This document shows positions 61,603 to 64,000 of a stretch of 64,000 nucleotides of DNA, in pieces. Numbering within the stretch: the stretch's first letter is position 1; each line of letters opens with the position of its first letter. The position numbers and the translations under genes are program-made. Where the stretch lies: assembly GCA_038745065.1 (NCBI GenBank), contig JBCDLT010000022.1, positions 19,887-83,886 of the forward strand, written 5' to 3'. Source of the DNA: Pseudomonadota bacterium. GTDB taxonomy: Bacteria; Pseudomonadota; Alphaproteobacteria; Rhizobiales; JANQQB01. The notes under the pieces were generated by a model that had not been told where the DNA came from, ran no database searches, and saw only the letters and a list, made by a program, of their open reading frames with translations.

Positions 61603-62409
61603 ATGTCATCGCTTGGCCTGACTGTCGTCGGTGCCGCCGGCCGCATGGGCCAGTCGCTTATCCAGACCATCCATACCGTCGAAGGCGTGCACCTGAGCGG
61701 CGCCGTCGAGCAGCCCGGTTCTCCGGCACTCGGCAAGGATGCCGGGCAGGTCGCCGGCATGGAACCGCTGAACATAAGCATAACCGACGATCCGCTGTCG
61801 GCTTTCGTGAAATCCGAGGGGGTGCTTGATTTCACCAGTCCGCAGGCCAGTGTCGGATTTGCCGATATCTGTGCCCAGGCGCGGATTGTGCACGTGATCG
61901 GGACGACCGGCCTCGGCCCTGCCGAAGAGGAACGCCTCGGTGCCGCGGCCCGCCACGCCGTAATCGTCAAATCGGGCAATATGAGCCTCGGCGTCAACCT
62001 GTTGGCCGAACTTGTGAAACAGGCTGCCCAGGCGCTCCGCGACGATTTCGATATCGAAGTCCTGGAAATGCATCACAGGCACAAGGTGGATGCCCCGTCG
62101 GGCACTGCCTATCTGCTGGGCGATGCGGCGGCGCAAGGCCGCGACGTGGACCTGGCGGATGCCTCGGTCCGAACCCGCGACGGCCATACCGGGCCTCGGG
62201 CGCCAGGCACAATCGGTTTTGCCACGATGCGGGGCGGATCGGTGGTCGGAGAGCATTCCGTTGTGTTCGCCGGCGAGGGGGAGCGCATCGAATTGTGTCA
62301 CCGGGCAGACAGCCGCGAGATTTTTGCGCGCGGCGCGGTTCGTGCCGCGCAATGGGCTCATGGGCGCAAACCGGGCCTATATTCGATGAAAGACGTTCTC
62401 GGCCTTTGA
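61603..62409 (+). CDS. dapB: 4-hydroxy-tetrahydrodipicolinate reductase
   Basis: VVGAAGRMG dinucleotide loop and the [15 protein letters not shown] active-site block. Confidence 0.9.
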   Translation: MSSLGLTVVGAAGRMGQSLIQTIHTVEGVHLSGAVEQPGSPALGKDAGQVAGMEPLNISITDDPLSAFVKSEGVLDFTSPQASVGFADICAQARIVHVIGTTGLGPAEEERLGAAARHAVIVKSGNMSLGVNLLAELVKQAAQALRDDFDIEVLEMHHRHKVDAPSGTAYLLGDAAAQGRDVDLADASVRTRDGHTGPRAPGTIGFATMRGGSVVGEHSVVFAGEGERIELCHRADSREIFARGAVRAAQWAHGRKPGLYSMKDVLGL

Positions 62410-62447
62410 TTTCACGGCGTGACACTTACGCAGACGGAGAGATTTGC

Positions 62448-63068
62448 ATGCCCCACCAACTGGTCCTCGTGCGACACGGACAGAGCGAATGGAACCTGAA
62501 AAACCTGTTTACCGGGTGGCAGGATCCCGGACTGACGGATAAGGGCGTCGAAGAGGCCAAACGTGCCGGACAGGTCCTCAAAGACCGCAATATGGTATTC
62601 GACATTGCCTTCACATCAGACCTCAGCCGTGCCCAGGACACCTTGACCCTGATTCTGGATGGCATCGGCCAGACCGACCTGGAGACCATTCGCGACAAGG
62701 CGCTCAATGAACGGGATTACGGCGATCTCACAGGTCTCAACAAGGACGACGCTCGAAAGAAATGGGGTGACGAACAGGTGCATATCTGGCGCCGATCCTT
62801 CGACGTTCCGCCGCCGGGCGGCGAAAGCCTGAAGGACACGGCCGACCGGGTCCTGCCCTATTTCCAGGCGCATATCCTGCCGCGGGTCAAGGGCGGCGAA
62901 ACGGTGCTGGTTTCCGCACACGGGAACTCGCTCAGGGCGCTGATCATGGACCTTGAAAACCTCTCGGGCGAGGAAATCCTGAAACGCGAATTGGGCACCG
63001 GCGTGCCGATCATCTACCAGCTGAATGGTGACGGCACGGTGCTGTCGATCGAAGACCTCGCCGCCTGA
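62448..63068 (+). CDS. gpmA: 2,3-bisphosphoglycerate-dependent phosphoglycerate mutase
   Basis: [12 protein letters not shown] (the RHG phosphohistidine motif) and [10 protein letters not shown]. Confidence 0.9.
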   Translation: MPHQLVLVRHGQSEWNLKNLFTGWQDPGLTDKGVEEAKRAGQVLKDRNMVFDIAFTSDLSRAQDTLTLILDGIGQTDLETIRDKALNERDYGDLTGLNKDDARKKWGDEQVHIWRRSFDVPPPGGESLKDTADRVLPYFQAHILPRVKGGETVLVSAHGNSLRALIMDLENLSGEEILKRELGTGVPIIYQLNGDGTVLSIEDLAA

Positions 63069-63087
63069 CACGGACAGGTCGCTGCGA

Positions 63088-64000
63088 TCAGTCCGGCGGC
63101 GTGCCGTTTTCCGCCAGAACCTGGCCGGCGAGGTACAGGGACCCGCAGATCAGAATGCGTGGCGGGGTCGCTGCATCCAGCCGACCGAGATAATCCAATA
63201 CTGCGGCGACGTCCGGCATGGGATCCGAGGAAAGGCCGGCCGTAATCGCCTTTGCGCTCAACTCATCTGTCGTCCAACTCGATTCGGTTTCCGGAATCGG
63301 AACCGTATAGACATGGTGGACGAGGCCCTGAAACGCTTCGAAATAATGCAGCGGTTCCTTGGTGTTCAACATGCCGGCCACAAGGATCAACGGCCTGGGC
63401 ACACGATCCTCGAGATCGGCCATGAAACTGGCGACGGCCTTGCCGGCATCCGGATTGTGGCCCCCGTCCAACCAGATCTCGGCCCCTTGCGGCGCCTGGC
63501 TGACAAGGCGACCCGTCTGCAGCCGTTGCATGCGAGCCGGCCAGTCGGTTGCCGAAATACCGGCTTCGACACGATCTTGGGACGGCAAAAGACCGGCGGT
63601 CTTCAGCGCGGTGACCGCCAATCCGGCATTGACGACCTGATGCTGACCCGGAAGGCGGGGAAGCGGCAGGTCGACCAGTCCGTTGAGATCCTCCACGACG
63701 AGCCGGCCGCCATCGCTGCGTGCGGTCCAGTCCTGGCCGCCGATCAGACACGGTGCGCCGACCCGCGCGGCCGCGGCTTCCAGAACCTCGCCGGCCGCCG
63801 ATTCCTGCGGCGCAAAAACCGCCGGGATGCCGGCCCGAAGGATGCCGGCCTTCTCCGCGGCAATCGCCGCCAACGTGTCGCCGAGCCATTGTTCGTGATC
63901 CATGGAGATGGATGTGATCACGGAGACCATGGGATCCGGGGCGACATTGGTCGCGTCGAGCCGGCCGCCGAGACCCACTTCAAGGAGCAGGCAATCGGCG
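63088..64000 (-). CDS. folC: Bifunctional folylpolyglutamate synthase / dihydrofolate synthase, C-terminal part (the N-terminus lies beyond the window end)
   Basis: The frame stays open past the track's GTG at 63978 (reads ...LLEVGLGGRLDATN, a conserved Mur-ligase/FolC block). Confidence 0.85.
   Translation of the reverse strand, partial: ADCLLLEVGLGGRLDATNVAPDPMVSVITSISMDHEQWLGDTLAAIAAEKAGILRAGIPAVFAPQESAAGEVLEAAAARVGAPCLIGGQDWTARSDGGRLVVEDLNGLVDLPLPRLPGQHQVVNAGLAVTALKTAGLLPSQDRVEAGISATDWPARMQRLQTGRLVSQAPQGAEIWLDGGHNPDAGKAVASFMADLEDRVPRPLILVAGMLNTKEPLHYFEAFQGLVHHVYTVPIPETESSWTTDELSAKAITAGLSSDPMPDVAAVLDYLGRLDAATPPRILICGSLYLAGQVLAENGTPPD

Overview
The window is GC-rich, gene-dense chromosome with alphaproteobacterial gene order (probably Rhizobiales/Rhodobacterales-like; this is my inference). 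About two thirds is core housekeeping, annotated from motifs in the translated ORFs. It includes otsB-GH15-otsA, mutS, maeB, pyrF, the hisB-DUF2628-hisH-hisA-hisF-hisE block with coaA, nth, a ComM/YifB ATPase, gshB, yraN, coaBC-dut-E1-like, secB, fxsA, Tim44-like-mltA-smr, glnD, murJ, trpS, dapB, gpmA and a folC fragment. There is one tRNA-Arg(ACG). I found no rRNA, CRISPR array, transposase, integrase or recognisable defence or secretion system. The less ordinary part is roughly 6.8-26.1 kb and has three pieces. (i) An aminotransferase / GntR / signal-peptide MetX-fold hydrolase / BKACE / DmpA-type aminopeptidase / LysR / GFA locus. (ii) An uncharacterised oxidative catabolic cluster: class II aldolase, metallophosphoesterase, an unannotated 68-codon ORF coupled to a methyltransferase, FAD monooxygenase, arylformamidase-like hydrolase, cupin, and a three-subunit xanthine-dehydrogenase-family molybdoenzyme followed by a MoaD/ThiS-like GG protein. 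(iii) A compositionally different ~1.8 kb islet encoding two orphan envelope proteins. No single known novel system is demonstrable from sequence alone, so all functional links in these loci are hypotheses. Many long ORFs in the track are antisense shadows typical of high-GC DNA and were rejected. Start codons and small-motif coordinates were placed by eye and may be off by a few nucleotides.
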